Positions 27,794-36,423 of a stretch of DNA of 49,086 bases are shown here, one piece after another; the stretch's first letter is position 1; every line of letters starts with the position of its first letter. The stretch is from assembly GCA_030638185.1 (NCBI GenBank), contig DAOWFD010000382.1, positions 1-49,086 of the forward strand. The letters are read 5' to 3'. The DNA comes from Candidatus Aegiribacteria sp. Its GTDB lineage: Bacteria > Fermentibacterota > Fermentibacteria > Fermentibacterales > JCC-6. The translations under genes and the position numbers were made by a program. A model generated the notes under the pieces. That model was not told the DNA's origin. It saw nothing but the letters and a program-made list of their open reading frames with translations, and ran no database searches.

Positions 27794-29308
27794 TCAATGA
27801 AGAACGGTGAACATTGTGCAGGATCTGGCGGCTCCATCTACAGGAAGAAGCTCGACCAGATATATTCCCGTACTGTATGTAGAAACATCAAGCAGGAATT
27901 CCTCTGAGTTACAGATCATTTCATCGATTAGTCTACCTGAAATATCCCAGATACTGAGCAGACTTTCCCCCATATTCCCTGTATGGAATATGGCAGTTCC
28001 ACAACAGGGATTGCTCACAACGGATATAAATACTGATTCCGATAAAGGGTTTTCGTCTTCCGGAACTGATACGAATGCCATCGATGGAACCAGTGTGGGG
28101 TCTCCAAGCAGGGTCATTCCCAGATGCCATGATCTCTCGGATCCTGTAAATCCATTTGAGGTTATCTGATTCCACCAGTCGCTGAATCCTTCTCCTATTG
28201 ATCCGTCGTTTCCCATGGGTTCATAGAAAAAACCGAACCGAAGCATGGCACCGGACTTAGTACTTCCCACAGCAGCAAGACCATTGGTATTCAGAAAAAC
28301 GTATGATCCACCCATATAGTCACTGGTGGTAAATCTACAATTGGAACATGCAAACAGATTATAGAAGTGAGCCGGTGGTTGAATTGCAACAACTTCGTAA
28401 TTGTACGTTGGATACATTCCTGTATACCAGAGATGATAATAAGGGCATGAATGAACAAAAGGACTTATCCAGGAATAACTTGCAGGCAAGCGAATGTTTT
28501 CATAATCAGAGTCGGTAGTTACTTCATTATCGTTAACAAGATCAGTATTTGGATACAGCAGTTGCATATCCTGCTGGAAATCCAAACCCCAGTAAGCCCA
28601 GTCGTCATCAACATAACAGAGTGCCTGAAGAGGTTCAGTATCGCCCTCATCGCGCCAGCTGTGATTCTGATTAAGATATGATGTTATAAGAGAGACTTCA
28701 TCACCAAGATTGCTTGTAAGAATCCTGCCGATGTAAATCTCAGGATCAAGTTCTCCTGACCAGGTATCGTATTTTCCATCCTGACCAGGTGTTCCCTGTG
28801 ACGGATATCCAATCCATAAATCCTGCCAGCTTCCATTCAGATCCATAAAAAAGTAGTCGGACGGAAACTCTTCACTCGAATCTATGAACTCGTTGTCTAT
28901 CATCGACCAGGCAACCGGAAGGTCGCCAACTAAAACAGCACCTTCAAGACCATGATCATGACAATCTACGAGGTAATTTTTCAATTCTTCCGGTGTGCTG
29001 TAGGTGACTTCCACGACTTCCACGGTAAGTCCATTGCAGCTTATATCTGTAGCCCATTGTTCGATCAGAGCAGAACCAACAGCAGGAGCAAGACCATTTT
29101 CAAAAATTACGAGAAAACTGGTTTCATCAGATTCAGAACCGGTCTTTAGAAATGTATTAACAATCAGCGGAACAGGGAGAAATTGTGTTGTCTGCCATTC
29201 TTCCATTGTTTCAGGAATGTAACCTTCCGGATACGTTGTCATAACAACACGGGAATAGTCGTATTCAGAACCAGTACTCAGCATTAAAGCAGATAGCAGT
29301 ATTAACAT
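27794..29308 (-). CDS. Peptidase C25 (gingipain-like) protein with C-terminal sorting (T9SS type A-like) domain
   Basis: VLVGD, PSDYFFMD, PEIYIGR, FVHS (His), FACS (Cys), LLGDP; C-terminal NP...IWDISGRLI...GIYLV; ATG at 29308 after GAAGGAGG. Confidence 0.8.
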   Translation of the reverse strand: MLILLSALMLSTGSEYDYSRVVMTTYPEGYIPETMEEWQTTQFLPVPLIVNTFLKTGSESDETSFLVIFENGLAPAVGSALIEQWATDISCNGLTVEVVEVTYSTPEELKNYLVDCHDHGLEGAVLVGDLPVAWSMIDNEFIDSSEEFPSDYFFMDLNGSWQDLWIGYPSQGTPGQDGKYDTWSGELDPEIYIGRILTSNLGDEVSLITSYLNQNHSWRDEGDTEPLQALCYVDDDWAYWGLDFQQDMQLLYPNTDLVNDNEVTTDSDYENIRLPASYSWISPFVHSCPYYHLWYTGMYPTYNYEVVAIQPPAHFYNLFACSNCRFTTSDYMGGSYVFLNTNGLAAVGSTKSGAMLRFGFFYEPMGNDGSIGEGFSDWWNQITSNGFTGSERSWHLGMTLLGDPTLVPSMAFVSVPEDENPLSESVFISVVSNPCCGTAIFHTGNMGESLLSIWDISGRLIDEMICNSEEFLLDVSTYSTGIYLVELLPVDGAARSCTMFTVLH

Positions 29309-29338
29309 GAGCCCTCCTTCAATATTGATCATACATAC

Positions 29339-29475
29339 GGTACTCCAGCCTGGTCAATGTTACGAATGACCGATGACTGCTCGGAACTGTACGTCATTCC
29401 CAAGCTTGACTGGAGAATCCGGTTCTTTGTCTTCATTCTTATCAATTTCTTCTTTCTGAATAATACGGACTCCCG
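29339..29475. repeat. Degenerate GTCATTCC...GAATCC-type palindromic repeat units
   Basis: GAATGAC (29364-29370), GTCATTCCCAAGCTTGACTGGAGAATCC (29393-29420) and GGACTCCCG (29467-29475). Confidence 0.35.
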
Positions 29476-29485
29476 TTTATGTCTC

Positions 29486-29514
29486 TTGACTTGACCGGTC
29501 TTTGAAACTAAACT
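29486..29514 (+). promoter_or_regulatory. Sigma70-type promoter for the large C25 protease
   Basis: TTGACT, 17 bp, TAAACT. Confidence 0.5.
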
Positions 29515-29628
29515 TTCAACTATGTGTTAATAGCATTACAATTTATACATTACAATACTTCCATGACCTCTATCTTATAGAGTTCAAGTAACTGTTGTAG
29601 TAATACTTCATAACAGGAGGAAACCAGC

Positions 29629-32046
29629 ATGAAAATACTCTCGTTTGTGGCTGTTCTTTTTCTGCTGTCGGAGACAATCTCTGCCAGCAGCATGATCGTG
29701 AATGTGCCGCTGAACCCGGCACAGCTCTCGATCAACAATAGAGGAGTTTACACTTCTGTCACACATCCTCAGGCGTACACAACCTATACTCCTGGAGCAC
29801 CGAGTCTCCCTATCCTGCCGGTTCAACTCGCTCTGCCGACCGGCTGCAGGGCGACAGGTTTCGAAATCATCGATGAAAGTTACATGACCATCGATGGATC
29901 GCATTATATCATGCCCTCATCGGGGTGCTATCCCCTTTCAAGACCGGAACTGGCTTTACCGGCAGAACCCGATGCTCATATCTACGAGCTTAATGTTGCT
30001 TATCCTTCAGCTTCCGTTGAGTTGAACAGTTCAAGTGTGATCTGGGGAATTCCAGTGGCATATCTGACTGCGTATCCGGCTCGCTGGAACCCGGTAACCG
30101 AACAGCTTGAAATCCTCAGCAATCTTGTGATTGAAATTGAATATGAATCTGATCCTTCGGTGAACCTAGTTAGCAGGCGTACCGAAGCCAGTGAGTTGAG
30201 GGCTCAGGAAATCGTCCGCAACATGGTTGTTAATCCATCGGATGTTTCATCTTCCGGTGCAGTTCTGATTGACGCAAAAGACCTTCTTTATGGCCAGTAC
30301 GTCATCATCACCCATCCCGATTACGAAACAATCATGGAGGAACTGGCCAACTGGAAAACCGCCAAGGGCATACCCACCAATATCTATACAACAACCTGGG
30401 TGCAGTCACAGTATAACTACTGGGATCTTCAGCAGGATATACGGGCCTTCCTGACCGACTGTCGCGATGAGGGTACCGATTATGTCCTGATTGTCGGAGA
30501 TGATGACAAAGTGGCTTGCAGGGATGCTTTCATGTCCACCTTTAGCTACACTGAATATGCACCCTGTGATCTCTATTTCTCTGATATCAATGACACTGCA
30601 CCGGGTGCCGATCTCTGGGATACCAACTTCAACCATATATGGGGAGAAATAGCCGATAACATTGATTATCATCCCGATCTGTGGGTTGGAAGAGCCAGTG
30701 TAAATACCACAGGTGAAGCGGAACTGTTTGTTAAAAAGGTGCTTTTTTACGAACACATGATTAGCTGGTCTACAGGAACGGGTGATTATTTCGATACAGC
30801 CCCGGTTGAAATGCGAATTGGCCACAGCACGGAACTTCTTTTCTCTCCCCCTTATTACGGAAGTGTCAGTGCAGAGATGATCTCGGATTATGTGCCGGGT
30901 ACCTGGGAAATAGAAAAATGCTATGAATCCACCAGTAACAACAGTCATGCGATTACTGACGCGATGTTCAATGCCGGGCCGCATCATGCGTATGTTGCTG
31001 CTCATGGCAGCCAAACTTCTTTCTCGGTACCTGGAGGCAGCTATTCTAATAGTAATGTCATGAGCCTTACTAATATTTCCACTGAAAATAGTGTTGCCAT
31101 CCTGAATGCAATATGCTGTTCTAGCGGTCATCTTGATGGTGTAGAATGCTTCAGCGATGCCTGGCAAGCCAGCCCGAACGGTGGTGGTTTTGTTGCGATG
31201 AACGCCAGGTATGGCTGGGGACATTACGGGGCGCCAGGTCTTGGACCAAGCGAGCGTTTATGCGAGAAGTTCTACTACAAGTACTTCCTTGATGATATCT
31301 ACGAGCTCGGTATAGCTCACCTGACAAGCAAGGATTATTTTACTCCGCCATCCGCATTTGCAGACAGCTTTGATCTCGATGGCAATGAAGTAAAGACTCT
31401 GGACTGGTGTCTTAAAACCTACAACTTGTTCGGTGATCCAGAACTTCCAATGTGGACAGTTGAAGCTATAGACATGTCTGTTTCTCATACTTCAAACATC
31501 GTTAGTGCTGGAGATATTCATGTGGAGGTTACAAGCGAAGGCAGCCCTCTTGCCGATGCCCGTGTATGCCTGCAGAAAGGCGACTGGCAGACAGGTGAGG
31601 TATACGAAGTGGAATACACAAATGCCTCCGGTATTGCCGACATCTTCGTCAGCCCTGCAACTCTGGGAACGATAAACATCTATGTATGGGCTCACAATCA
31701 TAACACGTATGAAGGAACTATTGATGTTACAGGCGTAGGTATATGTGAACCTGAAACCGGAGAAGTTTACTTCAACAACCTGAATCCCGTTTCGCCAAGT
31801 CCTGCCTTCAGCAGTGCTGTTATCAGTTTCAGCCTTGCACAGGACGGTCCTGTACGTATTGATGTTTTTGACATCACCGGAAGAATCGTAACAACTCTGA
31901 CCAGAGATGAACTTGCTGCAGGTTCCCACAGCATGGTCTGGAACCTTGAAGCCAGCTCTGGCAACGCAGTGCCTTCAGGACTGTATCATGTGAGGGTTTC
32001 TTCCGAATCATTCACAGCATCAACCGGCATGATTGTGATCAGATAA
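29629..32046 (+). CDS. Gingipain-like C25 cysteine protease with propeptide, Ig-like domain and FlgD/T9SS-type C-terminal domain
   Basis: Signal peptide; GAPSLP propeptide, WKTAKG, YVLIVGD, CDLYFSD, VGRA, AAHGS (His), ICCSSG (Cys), NLFGDP; VFDITGRIV...VPSGLY C-terminal domain. Confidence 0.9.
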   Translation: MKILSFVAVLFLLSETISASSMIVNVPLNPAQLSINNRGVYTSVTHPQAYTTYTPGAPSLPILPVQLALPTGCRATGFEIIDESYMTIDGSHYIMPSSGCYPLSRPELALPAEPDAHIYELNVAYPSASVELNSSSVIWGIPVAYLTAYPARWNPVTEQLEILSNLVIEIEYESDPSVNLVSRRTEASELRAQEIVRNMVVNPSDVSSSGAVLIDAKDLLYGQYVIITHPDYETIMEELANWKTAKGIPTNIYTTTWVQSQYNYWDLQQDIRAFLTDCRDEGTDYVLIVGDDDKVACRDAFMSTFSYTEYAPCDLYFSDINDTAPGADLWDTNFNHIWGEIADNIDYHPDLWVGRASVNTTGEAELFVKKVLFYEHMISWSTGTGDYFDTAPVEMRIGHSTELLFSPPYYGSVSAEMISDYVPGTWEIEKCYESTSNNSHAITDAMFNAGPHHAYVAAHGSQTSFSVPGGSYSNSNVMSLTNISTENSVAILNAICCSSGHLDGVECFSDAWQASPNGGGFVAMNARYGWGHYGAPGLGPSERLCEKFYYKYFLDDIYELGIAHLTSKDYFTPPSAFADSFDLDGNEVKTLDWCLKTYNLFGDPELPMWTVEAIDMSVSHTSNIVSAGDIHVEVTSEGSPLADARVCLQKGDWQTGEVYEVEYTNASGIADIFVSPATLGTINIYVWAHNHNTYEGTIDVTGVGICEPETGEVYFNNLNPVSPSPAFSSAVISFSLAQDGPVRIDVFDITGRIVTTLTRDELAAGSHSMVWNLEASSGNAVPSGLYHVRVSSESFTASTGMIVIR

Positions 32047-32062
32047 GATACTGTCTGTTGGT

Positions 32063-32103
32063 GGTTTCGGGGACATGAACGTGTTTCATGTCCCCGGAAA
32101 ACC
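32063..32103. terminator. Long hairpin, probable bidirectional terminator
   Basis: CGGGGACATGAA-CGTGT-TTCATGTCCCCG with extended imperfect pairing, between convergent genes. Confidence 0.6.
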
Positions 32104-32207
32104 GAAATACAGGATACAACCGGAACTGGAACATGTACCTGTTCTGAGAAATTTTTCAACAATATCGTCGATCATGAAGCCGCTATCATCATCTTCATCT
32201 ATATCGC

Positions 32208-32261
32208 CCATAACCTGTAAAATCAGCTCGATTCGTTATCAACTGATTGCTCCTGTTTGAA
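32208..32261 (-). other. attC-like recombination site (degenerate)
   Basis: TTCAAAC-AGGAG-CAATCAG-(16 nt hairpin)-CTGATTT-TACAG-GTTATGG, just after the CAP gene stop. Confidence 0.45.
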
Positions 32262-32279
32262 TCTTTTTTATAAAGCAAA

Positions 32280-33047
32280 TTACCTTTCGGAGCATGTGTA
32301 ATCCTTTGCAAACTCGATGACACACACATTTCCATAGGCAGGATGCTCTTCTATTGCAATACCTACCAGTCTGAAATTCGGATTGAGAACGTTCGTTCGA
32401 TGTCCTCTGTCAGAGACTCCATCATCAATTAAAAGGCCAATTACGATCTCTCTTCCGGTAGTCGGCCCATATGAGATGACTTCTCCAATTGAAGTAAACC
32501 ATTGCCCATACCGCTCGATCCTGGCTGAAAACTCCGACTGATCGCTCCCGATATGACCTGTTTCTCCTGTTAGCGACAGATCCAGAGCATGATCCAAAGC
32601 AGCCATACTAATACCCTCCGATGGAAACAGAGGGTTCATCAGCTCGGTATCTTCCATGTCTGAAACACACTCTTCAACTGCCTGCACACCCTCCTGGGTT
32701 ACAAGTGTCAATTCTCCCGGTTCCCGATACACTGTACCGGAAAAGTACTCCATCCTTGGTTCTATGAAATCGTGTGCGTAACGAGCCGGATCAGTCCGCG
32801 CCATATTCAAATGCAGTATTACGTCTTTCTCAAGATCGTCAAGGAATTCCGCGTCTGCTGCTGTTGAAAGCTCCTGGAGAGTCCAGTCTGTTACCAGCCA
32901 GAGGTCCGGTTTGCTCCAATCAGAGGGTGAGTGGATCTTGGAGTCCTTGAGTATGACTGTCGGTACTCTTAGCTGTTCCGATATGGATCCGCAGCTGGAA
33001 ATCGACAGTATCAGTATTGTCTGTAAGACTAGCTTCAGTATTTGCAT
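32280..33047 (-). CDS. CAP (SCP/PR-1) domain lipoprotein
   Basis: ISSC lipobox; NMARTDP, AALDHALD, GHIGSD, GEVISYG, LLIDDGVSDRGHRTN. Confidence 0.9.
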   Translation of the reverse strand: MQILKLVLQTILILSISSCGSISEQLRVPTVILKDSKIHSPSDWSKPDLWLVTDWTLQELSTAADAEFLDDLEKDVILHLNMARTDPARYAHDFIEPRMEYFSGTVYREPGELTLVTQEGVQAVEECVSDMEDTELMNPLFPSEGISMAALDHALDLSLTGETGHIGSDQSEFSARIERYGQWFTSIGEVISYGPTTGREIVIGLLIDDGVSDRGHRTNVLNPNFRLVGIAIEEHPAYGNVCVIEFAKDYTCSER

Positions 33048-33189
33048 TTTCCAAGACTCTCTTAAGTACACCCATACTCGTTAATCAGGAATATTTACAA
33101 GCTTATCATGCACAAATCAGTATGGTCTGAACACCAGTCATGTATTGTAAGGCAGAGTGGACCCGCCGAAGGGATTCATGCTCCCCATG

Positions 33190-33249
33190 CTGCAATGTCT
33201 GCCATCAGCGGTGAAGTAATCCGCATTCGTTGCATTTGTCTTGTTCGAT
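33190..33249 (-). other. attC-like site (degenerate)
   Basis: ATCGAAC-AAGAC-AAATGCAA-(21 nt)-CTGATGG-CAGAC-ATTGCAG, directly after the relE-fragment stop; 7-5-8...7-5-7 spacing, with GTT changed to ATT. Confidence 0.35.
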
Positions 33250-33251
33250 TT

Positions 33252-33359
33252 CTACCTGTATACGTTTTTCCTGTGTCTGGTTCTGACTGCACAGATGATG
33301 AGTTCCTCATCTTCGATCTCATATATCACCCTGTATACACCACAGTGTAATCTGTACTT
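33252..33359 (-). pseudogene. C-terminal fragment of a RelE/ParE-family toxin
   Basis: Manual translation KYRLHCGVYRVIYEIEDEELIICAVRTRHRKNVYR* matches the RelE C-terminal pattern (YRxRxGDYRxIYxI...VGHRxxVYR); no start codon. Confidence 0.75.
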
Positions 33360-33916
33360 CCTTAATAGCCTCTCCTCCTCGAAAGAGGCGGGGGAAGCTT
33401 ACCGTATCAATACTAGACTACAACTACCAAGGCGTTCACCGGATCTGACGAGTGCGATGTAGGTCCCCGGTTCCTGGCAAGAGTAGGATGAAAGTGATCA
33501 CCTCTGTAGACTAAGGTTCTTATTGCGTTTTATCAAGCACCGCAGAGGAAATGACAGAGTTCCGGTGGATGACCTTCTTGAGGAATTTTTTCCAGCTTAC
33601 TCCCCATTTGCTCTTGAAATATTTCTGTGGATCCATCGTTGTGGATCCGTCGAAACGGGCAGTTGTTCCTTTGGCGAAATGATAGACCAGGCTGTTACCC
33701 ACTCCTATGAAGTGCCTGCATCCGTACCTGTACATTTTCATGGCGAGATCGGGATCGCTGCCGAAACCCGGGAAGTACTCTTCGTCGAACCCGCCTATGG
33801 CTTCCCAGTCCCTTCTGGAAAGAAGAACCGGAGTCCATGTGCTGACTACATTGTAGGGCCGCAAGAGGGTTCTGTACTCCCTTAATAACCTCTCCTCCTC
33901 GAAAGAGGCGGGGGAA
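33351..33916. repeat. 46-bp direct repeat (33351-33396 and 33871-33916, two mismatches)
   Basis: TCTGTACT[T/C]CCTTAATA[G/A]CCTCTCCTCCTCGAAAGAGGCGGGGGAA occurs twice, 520 bp apart. Confidence 0.92.
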
Positions 33917-34311
33917 TCACCGTAGTTCCTGTTGCCTATGTAGCATGGAGTGGAGTTCCCTGGTTCTATGGCGGTTCCAGAAAGCCACAGTTTATCGGCA
34001 AGACCAGAATATCCAGCAAGAGCGGTATCCCAGCCGGGAAGCGGGTACATGTCATCGTTCATATAGCAGATAAAATCAGTTGTTGCCTTCGAAGCAGCCC
34101 TGTTGACAGCTGTGCATACACCTGTATTCTTCGATGATCCGCAGGGCAGGATGTTTTTCCCACGAGCCCAGTCTTCACATGATTCATCGAATTCGTTGAA
34201 GAAGATAATAATCTCATGAGGTACTGCACTGTTACCTGTAAGCCCCCTGTACATGAGATCGAGATATTCCAGGTTCTTCCATGTCGGAACTACTACTGAA
34301 AAAGGTTTCAT
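33520..34311 (-). CDS. Glycosyltransferase family 2
   Basis: SVVVPTW, YMNDD (DxD-like), IGGFDE, SDPDL, VYHF. Confidence 0.88.
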   Translation of the reverse strand: MKPFSVVVPTWKNLEYLDLMYRGLTGNSAVPHEIIIFFNEFDESCEDWARGKNILPCGSSKNTGVCTAVNRAASKATTDFICYMNDDMYPLPGWDTALAGYSGLADKLWLSGTAIEPGNSTPCYIGNRNYGDSPASFEEERLLREYRTLLRPYNVVSTWTPVLLSRRDWEAIGGFDEEYFPGFGSDPDLAMKMYRYGCRHFIGVGNSLVYHFAKGTTARFDGSTTMDPQKYFKSKWGVSWKKFLKKVIHRNSVISSAVLDKTQ

Positions 34312-35642
34312 TACTTCGCAGCAGACCAGCCGTTATCCATGAGATCCTTCAGCTTTTCAACCAGGGTCTCAACAGGTATCCTTATCTGGCCCAGAGAATC
34401 CCTCTCTCGGATGGTGACACTGTTATCATCAAGCGTATCGAAATCGAAAGTTATACAGAATGGAGTACCTGCTTCGTCCATTCTCCTGTAGCGTTTTCCG
34501 ATCGAGCCGGTATCATCGAACTGTATCGGGAAATGAGGTCTTATCAGGTCAAAGACTTCCATTGTATGCCCGGACAGCTTTTTTGAAAGAGGCAATACCG
34601 CAGCCTTGATAGGAGCCAGGCTTCGGTGAAGGCCGAGAACGATCCTCTCCCTGCCCTCTACCTCCTCTTCGCGATACGCATCAAGAAGAACCGCAAGCAT
34701 GGTTCTTCCAATACCTCCACTTGTTTCTATAACGTAGGGAACAACCTTCCTTTTGTTAATCTGGTCAAGATAGGAAAGATCCTGTCCGCTCTCTTCAATG
34801 TGTGCCTTCAGGTCGTAGTCGGTCCTGTTCGCGACACCTTCAAGCTCACCCCAGCCGCCAGCGGCAAAGGGGAAGGTATATTCGATATCAAAACAGGAAT
34901 TAGCATAATGGGCAAGTTCACTGTCATCATGTCTTCGGGTTCTGATATTCCCGCTCTTTATGCCAAGTCCGTAATACCATTTCATTCTCTCGTCTATCCA
35001 GTACTCAAACCATTTATCAGCCTCTTCCGGAAGACAGAAGAATTCCATCTCCATCTGTTCGAACTCCCTGGACCGGAAGATGAAATTACGCGTAGTTATC
35101 TCGTTCCTGAAAGCCTTACCCATCTGAGCGATTCCAAAGGGGAGTTTCTGCCTGGTCGCGGTTACGATGTTCCTGAAGTTCACGAAAATCGGCTGGCAGG
35201 TTTCGGGGCGGAGGTAGACCGTAGCGGAATCATCTTCCAGGGCACCCATCTTCGTTTTGAACATCAGCCCGAAATCTCTGGGTTCGGTCAGCAGGCCACC
35301 GCATTCGGGGCAAATGTCCCCTTCAATATGATCCAGGCGGAACCTGCCTTTGCATTTCAGGCAATCAACCATCGGGTCATGAAAGTGCTTCAGATGGCCT
35401 GAAGCCTTCCAGACGTCAGGATGCGTTATTATGGCTGAATCCATCCCTACAACATCCGACCTGGAGGATACCATAAAATTCCACCAGCTGTTTTCAATGT
35501 TCTTCTTCAGTTCAACACCCAGGGGACCGTAGTCCCAGGAGGACTGGAGCCCTCCATAGATCTCCCCTGACTGAAACACATATCCGCGTCTTTTGCAGAG
35601 AGATACCAGCTTCTTCATCAGGTCTGTAACGTCAGCGGTCAT
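34311..35642 (-). CDS. glyQS: Glycine--tRNA ligase (alpha2, eukaryotic/archaeal type)
   Basis: EIYGG, YLRPET, FRNEIT, REFEQME, SIGKRYRR anticodon-binding domain. Confidence 0.96.
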   Translation of the reverse strand: MTADVTDLMKKLVSLCKRRGYVFQSGEIYGGLQSSWDYGPLGVELKKNIENSWWNFMVSSRSDVVGMDSAIITHPDVWKASGHLKHFHDPMVDCLKCKGRFRLDHIEGDICPECGGLLTEPRDFGLMFKTKMGALEDDSATVYLRPETCQPIFVNFRNIVTATRQKLPFGIAQMGKAFRNEITTRNFIFRSREFEQMEMEFFCLPEEADKWFEYWIDERMKWYYGLGIKSGNIRTRRHDDSELAHYANSCFDIEYTFPFAAGGWGELEGVANRTDYDLKAHIEESGQDLSYLDQINKRKVVPYVIETSGGIGRTMLAVLLDAYREEEVEGRERIVLGLHRSLAPIKAAVLPLSKKLSGHTMEVFDLIRPHFPIQFDDTGSIGKRYRRMDEAGTPFCITFDFDTLDDNSVTIRERDSLGQIRIPVETLVEKLKDLMDNGWSAAK

Positions 35643-36417
35643 TTTCAAGGTCCTCCAGTACTGAAAGTGATTTCAATTTCATTCTAGTTTCCATATGTAC
35701 TTCAGCGAATCTTCTCATAAGTTCAAGACATTGCCTGTATCCACCGCGCCAGAGTTTCAGGTTCCGGACTTCATCCAGTCTGCCTTTTCTTGATTTGCGG
35801 ATGAATGCGATCAGGCCGGGAGGGATCCTTTCAAAGCTGCCGCTGCTGCAGTTCTCACATACGATACCGCCCGAAGACGTATCCCACAGTGATGATCCTT
35901 GTGGGTCTCCGCCGCATCGCGTGCAGCGGTCAATTTCCATAGCGAAGCCGGAAAGCCTTAGAGCCTTCTCTATACCGGAACATAATACAGGCCAGAAGGG
36001 AGCGCCTGCGGCGAAATTGTCAAGAACACCGCGAATAAGATGGAACATGGGATGCGACGGTTCGCTACCAGTTATGGAGTGTAGAAGCCATTCGATGAAA
36101 AGACAGGAATGAACGAAGGCTTCAGGATCTCTGCGGATTGTTTCGTAATGGTTGATAACGGTGGCTTCGGTGGCAGTATCCAACTCCCTGCCATCCCTCC
36201 TGGAAAGGGAAAGATCCACCAAGGAGAAAAGTTCAACCCTTCCAAAAAATGAACTCTTTGGCCTGAGAGCCCCCTTGGCGATTGCCGATATCCTGCCGAA
36301 ATCCAGGGAGTAGAGAGTCAGTATCAAGGATGATTCACTCCATCGGACTCTGCGAAGAACGAATGAAGGAGTTGTAGTTCTGATATTATCACACTCCGAA
36401 GATATAAGATCCCGCAG
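35632..36417 (-). CDS. recO: DNA repair protein RecO (start codon uncertain, apparently non-canonical)
   Basis: FVLRRVRWSESSLILTLYS...AIAKGA OB-fold; CTRC/CENC Zn finger; ybeY-recO-glyQS synteny. Confidence 0.88.
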   Translation of the reverse strand: MRDLISSECDNIRTTTPSFVLRRVRWSESSLILTLYSLDFGRISAIAKGALRPKSSFFGRVELFSLVDLSLSRRDGRELDTATEATVINHYETIRRDPEAFVHSCLFIEWLLHSITGSEPSHPMFHLIRGVLDNFAAGAPFWPVLCSGIEKALRLSGFAMEIDRCTRCGGDPQGSSLWDTSSGGIVCENCSSGSFERIPPGLIAFIRKSRKGRLDEVRNLKLWRGGYRQCLELMRRFAEVHMETRMKLKSLSVLEDLENDR

Positions 36418-36423
36418 GGGACA

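Noticed and set aside
30406..31224. 272-aa minus-strand ORF
   Set aside because: Antisense shadow of the C25 protease
32086..32211. Short acidic minus-strand ORF (MGDIDEDDDSGF...) after the attC-like site
   Set aside because: No RBS, no recognisable family, and it ends inside the terminator hairpin
33420..33515. Possible third attC site (GGTGAACGCCTTGGTAG on the minus strand)
   Set aside because: No intact AAC/GTT cores and poor pairing between the arms
33351..33916. 46-bp repeat as a DGR template/variable pair, CRISPR repeat or prophage att pair
   Set aside because: Mismatches are not adenine-specific, there are only two copies, and no reverse transcriptase, cas or integrase gene is in the window
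34626..35402. 258-aa plus-strand ORF
   Set aside because: Antisense shadow of glyQS
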